Part shown: positions 14,101-15,380 of the stretch, in pieces | Position numbering within the stretch: the stretch's first letter is position 1 | Layout of the letters: each line of letters opens with the position of its first letter | Source: Candidatus Heimdallarchaeota archaeon B3_Heim | GTDB taxonomy: Archaea > Asgardarchaeota > Heimdallarchaeia > Hodarchaeales > Hodarchaeaceae | Assembly: GCA_003144275.1 (NCBI GenBank) | Contig: NJBF01000057.1 | Span: 1 to 15,380, forward strand | Direction: 5' to 3' | DNA length: 15,380 nt | Program-made: the position numbers and the translations under genes | The notes under the pieces: model-generated | Told to the model about the DNA's origin: nothing | Database searches by the model: none | The model's input: only the letters and a program-made list of their open reading frames with translations

Positions 14101-15380
14101 CAGTACTTCGTATCACCTCCTCGAAAATACCCCTTGTCCGTTAAATAGCGTCCGATCCCATGATGTGCGGAGAAATTCACAAAAATCGTTTGCTGTATAA
14201 ACAAAATCCACCCGACACCTACGACTAGTTGGTTTTAAGAGATTAAGCAGCGCTTTAAAGTAGGCCCAGAAATTACATAACCAAAATGCGAGAAGAACGA
14301 TAATAAATCGGACAGCTGGGTGTTGGGAGCAACTAAAAATCTGAAAGCGATGCATCTGCCTATAATAGGTCTCAATCGTGAAACGCTGCCGATAAAGATC
14401 ATAAATCCGTCTTCCTGAGAGAACACAGGTGGGAGGTACAATTAAAGCCATGATACGATCACCTGCTCGGCAAAGAGCGAGCTTAACGGGAAGTCGTTTC
14501 CGAGTATGGCCTTTATTCACACGATAGTCTACAACCAAATGTGTTCCTTTTTGACGTAACTCTTCTTGGTATTTTTGCACCAAAGGTTTAACACCTGCAT
14601 TAACACGTCCTCGAATGATGAAAAAAATTTGCTTATGAATAAACCACTGGATCAAATCATAATTATAAAATCCACCATCCGCAAGTACTCCAACAATTCG
14701 TTCTTGAGTGAGTAGAGGTGTCAAAAGGCTCTGAACAGTCTTGAAAGTCGAATGCTTTGTAGGGAGAAGTTGGACTCCTAACGTGATTGGTTCGGGTGCA
14801 TTTAACCAAATGACTGTGATATATTGATAAAACTGGTGGGTACTGGCTTTCTTCCTACCTTTACAGATATAAGCGGATAAAGTTTTTGCATAATTAGGAT
14901 CAGTATGGAAGTCGATCGCTAGCAACATTCCTTGCTTCCGAGCAAACTGAAAGTTCTCAGGCAGACTCTCTAAGAATTGGTAGAAACCAGTTTGTTGCGA
15001 GGCTGTTATATCTTCAACGGATTTGGTTTTTAACCATGCTAAAGTAGCTTCACCCGAGGGAATTGGGAGGTTTTGCTCTCGTAGATCTCGAGCTTTGCGA
15101 GAAATTGAGGTTCGATCTATAGCGGTAAGTAAAAGTAATTTCAATCTATCCTTCAGGTTGAAAGGCGAGCTACTTGGAACTGGGTTTAATAAGAGTTGAT
15201 ATTTATCTAACCAGCGTACTACAAAGTTTATAAGGGTCGATGTATTTCGTGCTTTCCGTGGTGGAAAGCGAGGTAGTTTTATTTTGTTCATAATGACTAC
15301 TAATTGCTTTTCTCCGCATTTAAGTCTTTCCTCTTCGAGATTTCATGAAGATCACCCTCTCCCATAGTTACGAAGTACTG
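14101..15380 (-). mobile_element. Complete 1280-bp insertion sequence, ISH3-like (IS4 superfamily)
   Basis: Perfect 12-bp terminal inverted repeats CAGTACTTCGTA (14101-14112) and TACGAAGTACTG (15369-15380) enclose a single DDE transposase whose stop abuts the TIR. The target-site duplication cannot be seen because the window ends at the TIR. Confidence 0.93.
14113..15291 (-). CDS. DDE transposase, ISH3-like
   Basis: LAIDFH (D1), VLADGGF (D2) and LYRQRFTIETYYR (E). The Y-x2-R-x3-E-x3-R form without the YREK lysine is, as I recall, the ISH3 variant of the IS4 motif. Confidence 0.92.
   Translation of the reverse strand: MNKIKLPRFPPRKARNTSTLINFVVRWLDKYQLLLNPVPSSSPFNLKDRLKLLLLTAIDRTSISRKARDLREQNLPIPSGEATLAWLKTKSVEDITASQQTGFYQFLESLPENFQFARKQGMLLAIDFHTDPNYAKTLSAYICKGRKKASTHQFYQYITVIWLNAPEPITLGVQLLPTKHSTFKTVQSLLTPLLTQERIVGVLADGGFYNYDLIQWFIHKQIFFIIRGRVNAGVKPLVQKYQEELRQKGTHLVVDYRVNKGHTRKRLPVKLALCRAGDRIMALIVPPTCVLSGRRIYDLYRQRFTIETYYRQMHRFQIFSCSQHPAVRFIIVLLAFWLCNFWAYFKALLNLLKPTSRRCRVDFVYTANDFCEFLRTSWDRTLFNGQGVFSRR

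Noticed and set aside
77-14441. Other short ORF-track entries overlapping the called genes (e.g. 77-262, 365-571, 492-749, 789-1133, 1412-1615, 2073-2393, 2316-2510, 4039-4780, 5789-6331, 7954-8172, 10826-11123, 11971-12168, 13076-13300, 13568-13858, 14235-14441)
   Set aside because: They overlap better-supported genes in another frame or strand and show no motifs or RBS support.
1-15380. tRNA or rRNA genes
   Set aside because: No cloverleaf with T-loop GTTC(G/A)A and D-loop signature in any intergenic region, and no rRNA-like conserved stretches.

Overview
AT-rich prokaryotic accessory region, probably archaeal. That call is an inference from GGTGA-type ribosome-binding sites, TATA-like boxes and an ISH3-type IS; the protein style suggests Asgard/Heimdallarchaeia but this is unverified. 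In order, it holds: the 3' end of an unknown gene; a flavodoxin-2[4Fe-4S] ferredoxin fusion (EFR1-like); a minus-strand GNAT + atypical arginase-family pair; a plus-strand operon (991-aa MacB/FtsX-type permease, two ABC ATPases, the first with a C-terminal AbrB-like domain, and a SAM methyltransferase); a minus-strand ABC-2 exporter (ATPase + internally duplicated permease); four small unknown membrane-protein genes; and a complete 1280-bp ISH3-like IS with 12-bp terminal inverted repeats that ends on the last base of the window. The main unexplained signal is a dispersed, strictly intergenic, same-orientation repeat with the 22-nt core CCCCTACRCWGGAYGRYRRTGA. It has three clear copies (1057, 2861, 8656) and two degenerate relatives (~12219, ~14011), is embedded in hairpin-rich sequence, and its copies fall between operon-sized modules. 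Its function cannot be determined from this window alone.
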